Assembly: GCA_964016885.1 (NCBI GenBank)
Contig: OZ024740.1
Span: 112,778,001-112,842,000, forward strand
Source: Eledone cirrhosa
Lineage: Eukaryota
Direction of reading: 5' to 3'
Length of the DNA: 64,000 nt
Part shown: positions 52,642 through 64,000 of the stretch, one piece after another
How the letters are laid out: each line of letters begins with the position of its first letter
Numbering within the stretch: position 1 is the stretch's first letter
The notes under the pieces: model-generated
Databases searched by the model: none
Seen by the model: the letters and a program-made list of their open reading frames with translations, nothing else
Told to the model about the DNA's origin: nothing
Program-made: the position numbers and the translations under genes

Positions 52642-54756
52642 AAGACATATATAAATTTATATAGTACGTTTATATACAGTAAATATATGGGTTACCTCGC
52701 TACTGAAGAAAGATACTTTTTCGTAACGTGTCAAAGACAAAAAAAACAAAACGTTTTTCTATATTTTCCTCAGCGAATTTGACATCGAGTTGTCAATATG
52801 TTCTGAGAATGTCAGATAGCGCTGTTTCAAGATTTTTTAATCTTTCAACAGTGACACTCACTCAGAACTTACTAGCATGGAATAGACAATACTCTATATA
52901 AAATTTTGCGTGATGGTCACTTGCTGGAGATGCTCATTTGCATAAAGCAGAACAGAAAGCGTTGAATTGAAGTTGTCATTTGCATACACTGCAAGCCTGA
53001 CTGGTTATATTTAATTGGTGGTAGTACTAAAACAGCATTTAACCATAATAGATGTGTATAGAAGACATTTGTAAACATATATAAAACGTTTATTTACAAT
53101 AGCAATTTCACTCATAATATGTTGGTCGACCCGAGACCTCAGCAGAAAAGTAGAAAACACTTGCCTAAGATACCACGAAGTGTTATTGAAGCCAAACCCA
53201 CGTAATTACGAAGTGAATTCCTTAACCATAGAGTGGCTCTGTGCCTTGTTGAAAATTTCCTAATATTACATTAATAATCTATCCAAACGCAAACACTAAT
53301 CTAATACATACTCGTTCGTTTTATAAAATTAAGCGGTTTCTAATCCTCTAATGAAATCTAACCCCGGCAAGTAACAAACATAAAAATTTTAAATTATACG
53401 GAAGCAAGTTTACAAATAGTTTTGAAATCTTTTAATTCGACACCAAATTCAAATTCTTAGCTGCCGTCTTTCTTTGAAATGTGGATTAGTTTTTGAATCC
53501 ACAGTAGGTCAATTTTTATAGAATAGCTGCTTTCATAAACTAAAGTAATGATTCTCAAACGGGATACATCTAACTACCAGGGGAGGAATTTCAAACTCCA
53601 AGAGTTCGTTAAAGGAGGAATTGAGGCGGAGTTTAGGCCACGGGAGGAATCGGAACTGGGAAAGGATAGTGTATATTGTGTATATACACCAAATGAAATA
53701 CCAGTTATAAAAACGATCAGTAATAAACATTTCACAAAGGTAATTCTGCCCCAGACCTAATCTCATTTTGAGCTATATGATGTTTGAGGTTTGAAAAACT
53801 TTCCCGTGTTAAGATGGTGTTTAGATGAAAAATACTAGATGATACTCTAAAATAAATATTGCAAAAGGAAGAATGTGTCCTGGGATTTCAAGAATTACTG
53901 AACGAAACCGACTCTATGTTTTACTAATGGTTACTATATCGACTTCTTCTGGGATTTGAACTCATAACAGAAAGGTATAAAACTATATAATTTATACAGA
54001 TTCTCTCTCTTCATTCTTGATTATTTCTCATAAAAAATAGCAGAGATATTTCATAAAAGGAAGGAATACAATATCTGGATTACTAACTTACGAGTAGAAA
54101 ATCACCTATTTTGGAGAGGATATGGTCGATTTCATCCTCACCAATAAATTACTGGTACTTTATTTTATCGACCCAGGTAGAATGGGTAGTTGTCATTATT
54201 CTTCCGGCTAATTGTCGTGGTAGAAATATAGATATGGCTTTACTACCTATAAAGTTGTTGTCATCGTTGACATTGCCGTTGTTATCCATTTTTTAAACTA
54301 GAAGTATTTTAATCTTTCTTACATGAAGTGGTAACCATGAAAATTATTTGAATTAAATAACGTATAAAGAAAACAAGAAATACTAAAAGGAAACAAATAA
54401 ACAGCAAAATATCCCTGAAGCATAAAAAATAAACAAAGTAAAAATCGCTGTTAATTAAAATCTTTAATAAAAAGATTTAAAGTCTGCAACAAAAATATCC
54501 AATTTGAACTTGTTCCTTAATTAAGTCATAATTTAATTAATATTCAGATATATTTCTAAAGTTATTTGCAATACCATGCATGGCTACTTCTACCGTAGCC
54601 ATAATATACACTGTACATTAATATTGCTGTACATTAGAGTAAAATTAGAGTAAAACCTCTGGTTTAACGGACATTGATTTAATGGATTTGGGGATTTAAA
54701 GGACAAAATAATAATAATAATAGTAATAATAATAATAATAATTATTATTATTATTA

Positions 54757-54857
54757 TTTCTACTTTGGGCACAAGGCCACCAATTATCCCAGTGCATTAC
54801 TGGTACTTTATTTTATCGACCCCGTAAGAATGAAAGGCAAAGTTAACCTCGGCGGGA
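54757..54857 (-). mobile_element. 5'-truncated SINE next to (AAT)n
   Basis: Matches 26824-26925. Confidence 0.85.
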
Positions 54858-55022
54858 ATAATAATAATAATAATGATTTCATTTATTAGCCACAAGGACC
54901 GACATGTAGGGGACAATACAAAGACAGGGAGAGTGGGGTTTACAATAAGGTCGAGTAAAAGTGTACAATGGCAAGACTAATTTAACAATGAAGATATAAA
55001 AATATAAAATAAACTATGCATA
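54858..55022 (-). mobile_element. Tx1 3'UTR fragment (B/C type)
   Basis: (AAT)nGATTTCATTTATTAGCCACAAGGACCGACATGTAGGGGACAATACAAAGAC, matching 38520-38590. Confidence 0.85.
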
Positions 55023-55023
55023 A

Positions 55024-58000
55024 AATAATAATAATAATAATAATAATGATTTCTTTATTGGTCACAAGGGCTGACATCAAGAAAAACATTACAGACAGCA
55101 CAGGACGGTACAGGACGGTACGATGTGGGTTTTGTGCGTGTAAAGATTTTTATTATTTACACAAGAAAAGAAAAAAAAAAGACATAGAAACATATATATA
55201 TAAACAATAAAAATGAAAATTGAAACAATAAAAAATTTTCCAATATGGGGGAAACCTCCGAGGGTTACTCGTGGCGAAAACCACACAAAAGACAACGGCC
55301 ACCCTGACCACCAGGGCAAGCGCCCTCTCTCAATTTTTCCATTTCTTAAACTACAGGCGTATATTCAGAGCGGTCCCGTTCACTCGGACCATTCTCGCTA
55401 CATTCACCCACCTTTCAACAAACTTGCTAGAAGCCAGCACTTGCCTCTCCACCCTGATTTTCCTCTTCAAGTGAAACTTGAAAAAGTTAATTAGGGATTC
55501 GCTGAAGAGGAAAGTGTCTGTCTTTAACCCTTTCAACCTTGTCCACCACACAATCTCTTTCGCCATGGCCACCAGGCAGATGAAAACCGCCTGCCGTTCC
55601 TCCTCGAAGGAAGACGGCGAGACCATCTGCACAATGGACTCAGTCGATAACCGGACCAGTCCTACATGCGACAGCAACTGTTCGACATAGCTCCACAAGT
55701 CAGCAGTGCTCGGGCGCTGAAAGAGTGCGTGCCCGCGGTTCCGTCGCTCTGCGCGCATCTCGGACAGGCTCGGCTGACGGCACTTCCGTGCCTGTAGAGC
55801 TTATCTCGAACCGGCAACGCTCCCCGGTAGCACTGCCAGGGATTTTTGGAAGTTATCCATAGGCTCTGGGCTGAAAGTTCTCCGGAAGAGAGCAAACAGC
55901 TGATCTTCTTCGACGCCCAGGATCTCTCCGAGAACGTCGTCGCTCTTCCCCTCTACTAGACCTTTATAGAACGCCGAGGTCGATGTTCCACCGATACTGG
56001 TGCCCAGCTGGCAGAGGGCAGTGAGCGCCTGGAGACATTCCAGTTTCCAAGCGCTATCCCTCGGTCTTTTCCTGACCCAGGACTATAGCTCCGTCAAGCA
56101 GACGAGCTGTGGGAAAACGTGCCTGGCGAACGGCGACCACACCTGTTCACCGTCAAGGAAGCACCAGAGATGCCGCAGCCTCAGCGCATGTTTGCGCATC
56201 ATCAGCCATGGCATGCCCAGTCCTCCACGCAATGTGTGTTGACAGCAGATGGATCGTCTGAACATGGGAGCCCGTCCCTTCCACAAAAAGCGGAAGAGGA
56301 GGCGCTCCATTTTGGTAAGAGATGGGCCGGGGCAAGGGATGACGGTGAGGCGGTAGCAGATGACGGATGCGATGTATGCATTCACCACCTCCTTCGTTGC
56401 TAACACCTTTCAGGGACAGCTTCCTCTCGGCCCATTTCTGGGTGAGGAAGGCCACTTTGCTCGTCACCTCGCTCTAGTTTTTCTCCATCTGGAGGTCTGG
56501 TCCGAACCAGACCCCAAGTAATTTAACCGGTCCATCCGTCCAACGGCCCACGACGTTGTCGGATGGCATGGACTTTCCTCTACAGGTGCCGAGCTGCAAG
56601 CCCACCGACTTTTCCTGGTTTATCGAGAGCGGTGCCGAGCATCTGGACGTGTATGGTGCTCGACACCACCACGGTGACGTCGTCGGCGTAAGCCGACTCG
56701 GATTTCCCGCATCCTAGTTCGCGTGGGACGCCCCTCATCGCCCCCAGTTTGTGCAGTAACGGCTCGAGAGCCAATACGTACAAGAGGGACGAGAGGGGAC
56801 AACCCTGGCGCACCGAACGCATGATGCTGAACGGCTGCGACAGGTGACCGTTCATCCTCACAACTGAGCAGATATCGCTGTACATCGCAGCGATCCAACC
56901 CCTGAAAACGGGCCCGAAACCGGCTGCCTCGAGGACCGCCATCATGTACCGATGGTCGACCCTATCGAATGCTTTGGATTGATCCAAGTTGATCAGGGCC
57001 CCATCCGTGCCAGGTTCCTTAACCACCCTCTCTATGATGTATCGCAAGAGGTGGAGGTTATCGTGTATAGATCTGTCCGGAATGGCGCATGTCTGCGCCT
57101 CTCCCACCAGACCCTTGACGACAAGCGCCAACCTCGTTGCTAACACTTTGGCCAAAATCTTGAACTCTGCGTTTAGCAGGGTTATGGGCTTGAATTTATC
57201 GATAACATCCCCCTTGTTCGGGTCTTTTCTCAGCAGCGCACACCGGTCCCCGGCTCACAAAACTGGGAATGCTCCCGTTCTGCTGCCAGTTGCAGTAGAC
57301 GTCTGCCAAGAGGTCACCGAACAAGTCTGGCACAAATGCATGAAGCTCGTAGGGCAGACCATCCAAACTTGGCGATTTACTCCTCGTGCAGTTAGCCATC
57401 GCTTCCCGTATTTCCACGGCTGTTATTGGCTTTTCGCAACACTGGGCTGCAGTTGTCGAGAGCCCGGGAAGTCCGTCGAGGTATACACTGAAGTCCATAT
57501 CCCGATCCGGCCCGCCGCTGCTCCCGAACAGTTCAGTAAAGTGCTGCTGAAAATCTTCACACATCTGCTCGGGTTCGAGCAACACGCGCCCGTCAGATAA
57601 AGACCGAATTGTGGCTTTGCTGCCACGTCGCGCCTCTGCCACCCGGGTCCAATCGACGGTTTTTGTTCCCTCGTGTTTCAGAGCACGCGCTCTAGCTCTG
57701 ACAACGCAGCCTTAGTGTTTTGCGTTGAAGAATTGGTCGAGTGCCAATCTCGCCGCAAGCACCCCGGTTGCGATGCCTGTCCTAAACGCCTCTTCTAGCT
57801 TTCTGACTAACTCTCCCTCTACTCTATTTTCCTCTATCACTAGCCCTTTGCTAAACCTAATTGACGCTACTTTAATAGCCCTTTTCAGGGCGAACCACCA
57901 CCTGTTGTTGACGACCGCTCCCGTCAACGCCCGCTTAACTAATACGCTAATCCGGTCTCTGTTGGCTTTGCGCGTCGGGAAAGACGCGTTCGGCTTCCAG

Positions 58001-60688
58001 TAACCGGGTCCTTGTGTATGAAGTCTGTCTATGTCGATCTCACAGATCACAAATTTGTGGTCTGTGTAGTCGACTATTTTAAATTGTGGACAACTTATAC
58101 TAGCCTTATCTAGTTCTCTGCAGAATACCCTATCGAGATACGATCTGGATGACCTGATGCGGTTTGTCCATGTCCACATTGGCACATTCGGGTGATCCAG
58201 TCGATACCTGTCAGACAGTTCAAAACGTCTGAGCAGGTTGGTGAGGCTCTTGCACCTTCCTCCCCTATCCACTAGCCCCACACAATCCCAGCGTGCATCC
58301 AAGATACCGTTCCAGTCGCCCACTAACACTAAAGAGCGGGACGTTCCAAGAAAGTTCTCTAGACGTCTGAAGAAATCTGGCCGTCCTGCCCATGTCGGGA
58401 CATAGAGGGCTACTAGCCTGAAAGCATTGCCTTCGGTGCCGCTTACGTCCAGCACCACCGACTTGCCTTCTGGGTCCTGGAAGATGGTCCGTATGGCGAG
58501 ACCCAAGCCTTTCCAGACCAACACAGCCACTCCGCCCCCCGCTCCAGGACGGCACGGAGATGCGTACACCTCGTAACCGTCGAAGATCGGTGCGAAAGCT
58601 TGCGTTTCGGAGATTCTGGTCTCGTTGATGGCCACCACATCTATGTTTAGTGATCTGAGGTCGTTAAGCAAGTGACCCTGCTTCCAAACCGATCTCAAGT
58701 TACGCACGTTTACACTTCCGATCCTGAATACGGCCATGTTGGGTGAGGAACGGGGCAAGTGAGAAAGGATCACTTACCTTGATCGCCTGGTGAAGGGACC
58801 CTTGTATCGTCCCTTCGGCTGGTCGTCGGCTCTTCTGTGAGTATATCCGAGTATACTCTCCGGTTGAGTGTCCCTCCTAGGTCTCTTAAATCACCAACTG
58901 CGTTGGGGAATTTCATTTTAATGTTTGTGTATTGTTTCTGTGATATTCTTACCAGTCTTATGTTCGTTGGTGTTTTGATTGGTGCTAGTATTATGTAGTC
59001 GTGCTGTGAAATGTCTGTGTGTTCAATTATGTAAGTCATTAGTTTCTTTTTGTGTGTATTTATTGCTGTGCATTTCTTTTTCTGGGGGTGGGGTGTGGTT
59101 CTGATATTTTCTTGTCGTTGGTGCTGGGTGTGTGTGTTTTGTTGTTGTGTTTGCGATGTTGGTGCTTGTGATGGTGTTGTTGTTGTTGGCGGTGGGGTTG
59201 TCGCCGGTGGTGATGGTAGTGCTAGTGTGGGTGGTGATGGTGTTGGTAGAGTTGCTGCTGTAAGTCTCTTTGCAGTAGCCTTCACCCTTTTTTCATTTCT
59301 TCCCTCCATTTTCGAAGTTGAGTGCCGTTATCGAAGTCTATCACATCCGGGATAGCTTCGATGCACTCCTGGTTGGTTTGAATTAACATCTCAATGGAGG
59401 CGCCGACATAATCTTCTCGTACTTTTTTCTGTACTTGCAGTACGGTTGTTTTGTCCTCGATTTCGACGAGGACAGACGCGGCCAGCCAAGAAGGAGCCAT
59501 CCGGGTGGGGGGAGGGGGAGGACTTAGGTCAGTTTGACCCTCACAATTTTTTGCCCGCAGTAGGAGGGCACCAACACCATTTCCTCGCTCCTTAGGGTTA
59601 CTAAGGATTGAGCCTTTGCCTCCTGGGTGTGGCAAAAAGCACGTCCACGGTGGCATATTTCTTGCCTCGGGTGATATGCGTTTTCCGCTGCCACACAGAC
59701 CCTAAGGCTTTTTGTATTTGAGCCCCTGTGGCTCTTTCAACCCTACGTGATTTTGTGCTTACTGTACGGTACGTGACCGTACAGTGCTATTGGGTTTCGA
59801 AACATTCTTCGGCTGCCTTTCAGATTGCTTGCTGTCCGGTTTTCGTCTACATCTTCTTTGCTTCCTCTAATTCCTCATTTGTTATAAGGATGGTTTCCAG
59901 GTTCTTTGCGATACCTGCAAACGAGATTGGTTTTTCTTTCTTGTTGTTGTTGTCGTCAGAGCTGCTGTTACTTTTGTTGTTGCTGCTGGTACTACGACCG
60001 CCGCCGCCGCTGTTGATGTTGTTGTTGTTGTTGTTGCTGTTGCTACTGCTGCTGTTGTTGTTGCTGTTGCTGCTGCTGATGTTGTTGTTTATGCTGCTTC
60101 TGATGTTGTTGCGGCTGCTACTAGTATTTTCCTCGCCACTGTTGCTGTTGCTGCTGTTATTACGGCTGCTGCTGCTATTCTTCATGACGTCAGACGAATG
60201 AAATGGCTTTCCGTATTTACCGCACACATCTTTCATGTTGTCGTCGTCGTGGAGAAATGTTCCGCGGTACGCGCGTTTTCTTGATGAAGAACGCTACGAG
60301 AAACAACATTTTTTCTTTTTCTTTAATGGCGTCGCTCACAAAAGAGGCGACAGGGGCGACACCACATTTAGAGAAGGGAGGAGAGAGAGAATCTTCTCTC
60401 TGATGTAGTGACGATTGGGGAAGAAGAAGACGGAAGGAGTGAGAGTAACTTGTGAAAATTCTCTTTTGTAGCCATGTTTTTTTACGGTTTAAAATGAATA
60501 TTGGGCACAAATCCCCAATAACTGGTTATTTAACCCCGAAGGGCCAAATAACGGACAGAAAGACCCCTCTCACGAGGAGGAGGGTGTCTTTATCTACAAT
60601 TTGGTTCCAGTTTTAAACAATTTACAATTGTTATAACGGTTAAAAATTACAATATCTTACAGAGCCGAGTTTCCGTCAACAATGGCAT

Positions 60689-60690
<2 letters not shown>
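55024..60690 (-). mobile_element. Tx1/L1-clade LINE (element D), full length, decayed, (ATT)n on both sides
   Basis: ORF2 remnants 55351-58737 (GDWN, QSKAFDRV, YADD) and a divergent ORF1 remnant 58770-60475. Confidence 0.92.
55351..58737 (-). pseudogene. Tx1 ORF2 (EN-RT), frameshifted
   Basis: Track ORFs 57712-58773, 57196-57642, 56580-57155, 56083-56406 and 55351-55758 are homologous to C ORF2. Confidence 0.92.
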
Positions 60691-60725
<35 letters not shown>

Positions 60726-62340
60726 TAATAATGATGATAATGATGATGATGATGATTTCTTTATTAGCCACACAAGGCCCACATTAAGAAAACTTTAAGG
60801 ATGGCACTGAATATTACAGGACGGTACAGGACGGTACGGGGTGGGTTTTAGTGTGTAACAATGTTTTTAGTAAAAACAAGGATACGTTAAAATTCAAACA
60901 AAATAAATTCCTCAATAAAGGGAAGTTGCAAGCGTGACACTTTGAGAAAGCCCACAAAAGTCCATGGTCACCCTGACCGCTAGGGCAAGTGCCCTCTGCC
61001 AGTTGTCCTCCTCCAATTTACAGGCGCATAATAAGAGCAGGCCCATTCACTCGGGCCATGATCATCTCTCACGCACCTTTCAACAAATTCTTTGGAAGGC
61101 AGCACTTCCCTCTTCACCCCGATTTTCCTCTTCAAGGGAAACTTCAAAAAGATAAACAGGGCTTCTCCAAAGAGGAAAGTGCTTGACATAAACGACCTCT
61201 TTCGTCATGACCACCAGGCAGATAAAAACTGCTTCCCATTCCCGGCTAATGGAAGGCGGTGTGACAATCTTGACGATGGACTCAGCTGATAGCCGGATCA
61301 CTAACAAGCGCCAATCTCGTCGCTAATACCTTGGCCATAATTTTAAAGTCTACATTTACCAGAGGTATGGGCCTAAAATTATCAATATCGCATCCCTTGT
61401 TCTGGTCCTTTCTCAACTGAAAATTCTCCCGTTCGCCTGCCAGTTGCAGTAGACGTCACCCAAGAAATCACCGAACAGGACTAGAATGTAAACGTAAAGC
61501 TCGTAAGGTAGACAACCCAAACCAGTCGATTTGATCCTCGTGCATCCAGTCATAGCCTCCCGTATCTCCGTGGGTGTTATCGTTTTTTTTTGCATCTCTC
61601 TGTCTCCGTGGTCGAGATAGTCACTAAAGTCCATCTCATGATCCGGCCGTCCACCGCTCCCAAACAGCTGAGCGAAGTGCCGCTGAAAAGCTGCATACAT
61701 CTGCTTGGGATCGAGTAACATGCACCCATCGTGGTCCACCAAGAACAGGATTGTGGCCTTGTTGCCACGTCACTCCTCCACCACTCGGGCTCACCGAACA
61801 GCTTTCGTCCACCGTGTCTAAGAGCACACGCCCAAACTCTGACAACGGAGACATCGAGATTGCGTTGAAGAATTGGTCGAGAGACAATCTTGTCGAAAGC
61901 ATGTCAGTTAGCGCCTCTTCTGTCTAGCTGACATCAAGTTTAGTTTTCTCTTTCACTACTCCTTTACTAAAGCTCATCGATCTACTCTAATCACCCTGTT
62001 TAGGGCAATCCACCATTTGTTGTTGACGATGTCGTCTCTGAGGTCAACTACGTTGAATTATGGACAGCCTATGCTAGCTGTATCTACATCCCTACAAAAT
62101 AATCTATCTAGATACGATCTGGATGGCTCGATACGGTTTGTCCATGTCTACATTGGTACATTTGGAAAATCCAGTTGGTACCAGTCAGAGAATTTGAAAA
62201 GACTGTGCAGGTGTGGGAGGCTTTTTACACACTCCTCCTATATCTGCGAGTGCCACACAGTTCCAGCGTACGTCTAAGATACTGCGCCAATCGCCCACTG
62301 ACTTTAAAGCGCGGGGCGTTTCTTGAAAAGTCTCTATCTT
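60691..62340 (-). mobile_element. Tx1 LINE (element E), old, truncated, internally deleted
   Basis: 3' end GGCTAATAAAGAAATC(ATC/ATT)n. ORF2 remnants (YCNWQANG, RLSAESIVKI). The RT core is deleted at a junction near 61300. Confidence 0.85.
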
Positions 62341-62684
62341 TGTGAAAGATAAGCAACACTAGAACATATAGTGTCTCTATGGCTTATACTAAAGTTGGTG
62401 TGAAACCTTAGATGACAAGCAACAGTATTGAGAAATTATTTATAATAATCTATTCTAGATCTGTAACTAACATAGAGCGATCTTCTTTAAGTATTATACA
62501 GAAACACTTGGCATTACATATATTTATCCATATATATATATTTATCCATATATATATATATATAGTTATACTTGGGGAGGGTCATATTTGTGTAATATTG
62601 CCAGAATTAATAACAGAACACACTCACTGTTTAGTTGGTTTTCGCTTTTCGCTTCTGTGTCTTTTATATCGGTTAATATAAAAA

Positions 62685-62792
<108 letters not shown>

Positions 62793-62807
62793 ATATATAT
62801 GTACATG

Positions 62808-63428
62808 CCAATGACCGGGTTCTGCAGGAACCCGGTGACATCATCAGGTGTTACGAAAATTATCTAATAAATGAATATAATAATGGTAGACACAATCCAA
62901 GGGGCTGAAAAGTAATGAGAAATATTTATGACCTTTTATTGGAATTACCAATTCTTTGCTCATCAGTGGGTGTAAAATTAGTAATCCTTTCACTTCTAAG
63001 TATCTCAGAAGACTGAATATTGTGCTACTAAAAATAGCAGCCAAGAATACAAAAAGTTTAAGGAGCCGACTATATTGAGTTAGAAACTCAAAATAGTCTC
63101 TTACAATTAAATAGCTCAAAGGAAGAAATTTTTCTGAGCCGTGTAATATAATTGAATATAAAAGAGAGATAAACACAGATATGAACATACATGTGTTCAA
63201 ATCGTAAGGGACCAAGAATTGGTAATTTTCCTTCGCTAAAATTGCGAAAAAGCATACCAAAGCTGTCTGGGTGTTCCGGCAGCTTTGTTTTTCTTGATTT
63301 ATTATTTTAAATTAAGTCTGGCAAACCGTATTGTTAATAATTAGTATTTTTTCACCCTAGCGATCTGGCCCCTTACGATTTGAACACATGAATATCTTTG
63401 TTTATCTCTCTTTTATATTCAATTATAT
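62808..63428 (-). mobile_element. PLE pLTR-like remnant with truncated hammerhead and inverted terminal segment
   Basis: Minus strand CTGATGA TGTC ACCGGGTTC ctgca GAACCCGGT. 63146-63212 is inverted at 63366-63428. Flanked by (TA)n. Confidence 0.5.
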
Positions 63429-64000
63429 ATATATATTTAATACATTAACAGAGAAAGCTTTTAGCGATACTCCGACCAACTCCCATCTCACTCAATAAAC
63501 ATTATGATATACCTAAGTATAATCCCAATTATGCGTTTGGGGTGCTAACTATATTGTATTTTGTGGATAGTCAGCTGTATTATTTTATATGAGACATAAT
63601 TAAATAAATCTCTCTTTCCATACGATCGTTTCGTTATAAGATTTCTACAAGGTGGGAAAATAATGTCCAAGTTATGTAGAAGCTTGCATATAATTAATTC
63701 ATCAGTGGATGCCCAGGCAATATCAATATAAAAAACTACATTGATATTAATATTTAGCGATAGTCTCTGTCAGTGTTAGAAGGACCGCCAAGTTTGAAAG
63801 TCCAGCAATCCTTCAAAAGAAATTTCACACAGTCCTCAAATGGGAAATATATATATATTATATATATACATATTTATATATATATACATATATATATAAA
63901 TACGGATATGTTACATAAGTAAAACAGATAGTTTACTCAAGAATAATTAATATTTTAGTCTCGTCTTCTTCGATAACACCTACAGATTACGAAAGTATGA

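Overview
AT-rich, microsatellite-saturated eukaryotic DNA. The (TA)n/(CA)n/(ATGT)n/(AAT)n density and the SINE style suggest an octopus or other coleoid cephalopod (inference). No host protein-coding gene can be supported, and most short ORFs in the track are microsatellite or antisense artefacts. Contents: (i) five Tx1/L1-clade LINEs plus one 3' fragment. One (44364-50203) is essentially full length with an intact 1139-aa EN-RT ORF2. The minus-strand copies are stacked head-to-tail through (ATT)n tracts. (ii) An abundant tRNA-derived SINE whose 3' hairpin (CTTGT loop) and ATTATT tail/target match the Tx1 3' end, suggesting a SINE-LINE partnership. (iii) A bipartite RTE-like non-autonomous element in (ATGT)n. 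(iv) Penelope-like remnants and about ten type I hammerhead-ribozyme-like motifs of varying integrity, often in fold-back or direct-repeat (retrozyme-like) arrangements in (TA)n. (v) A decayed hAT (Charlie/SPIN-like) transposon, a mariner remnant and a tRNA-Gln-like pseudogene.
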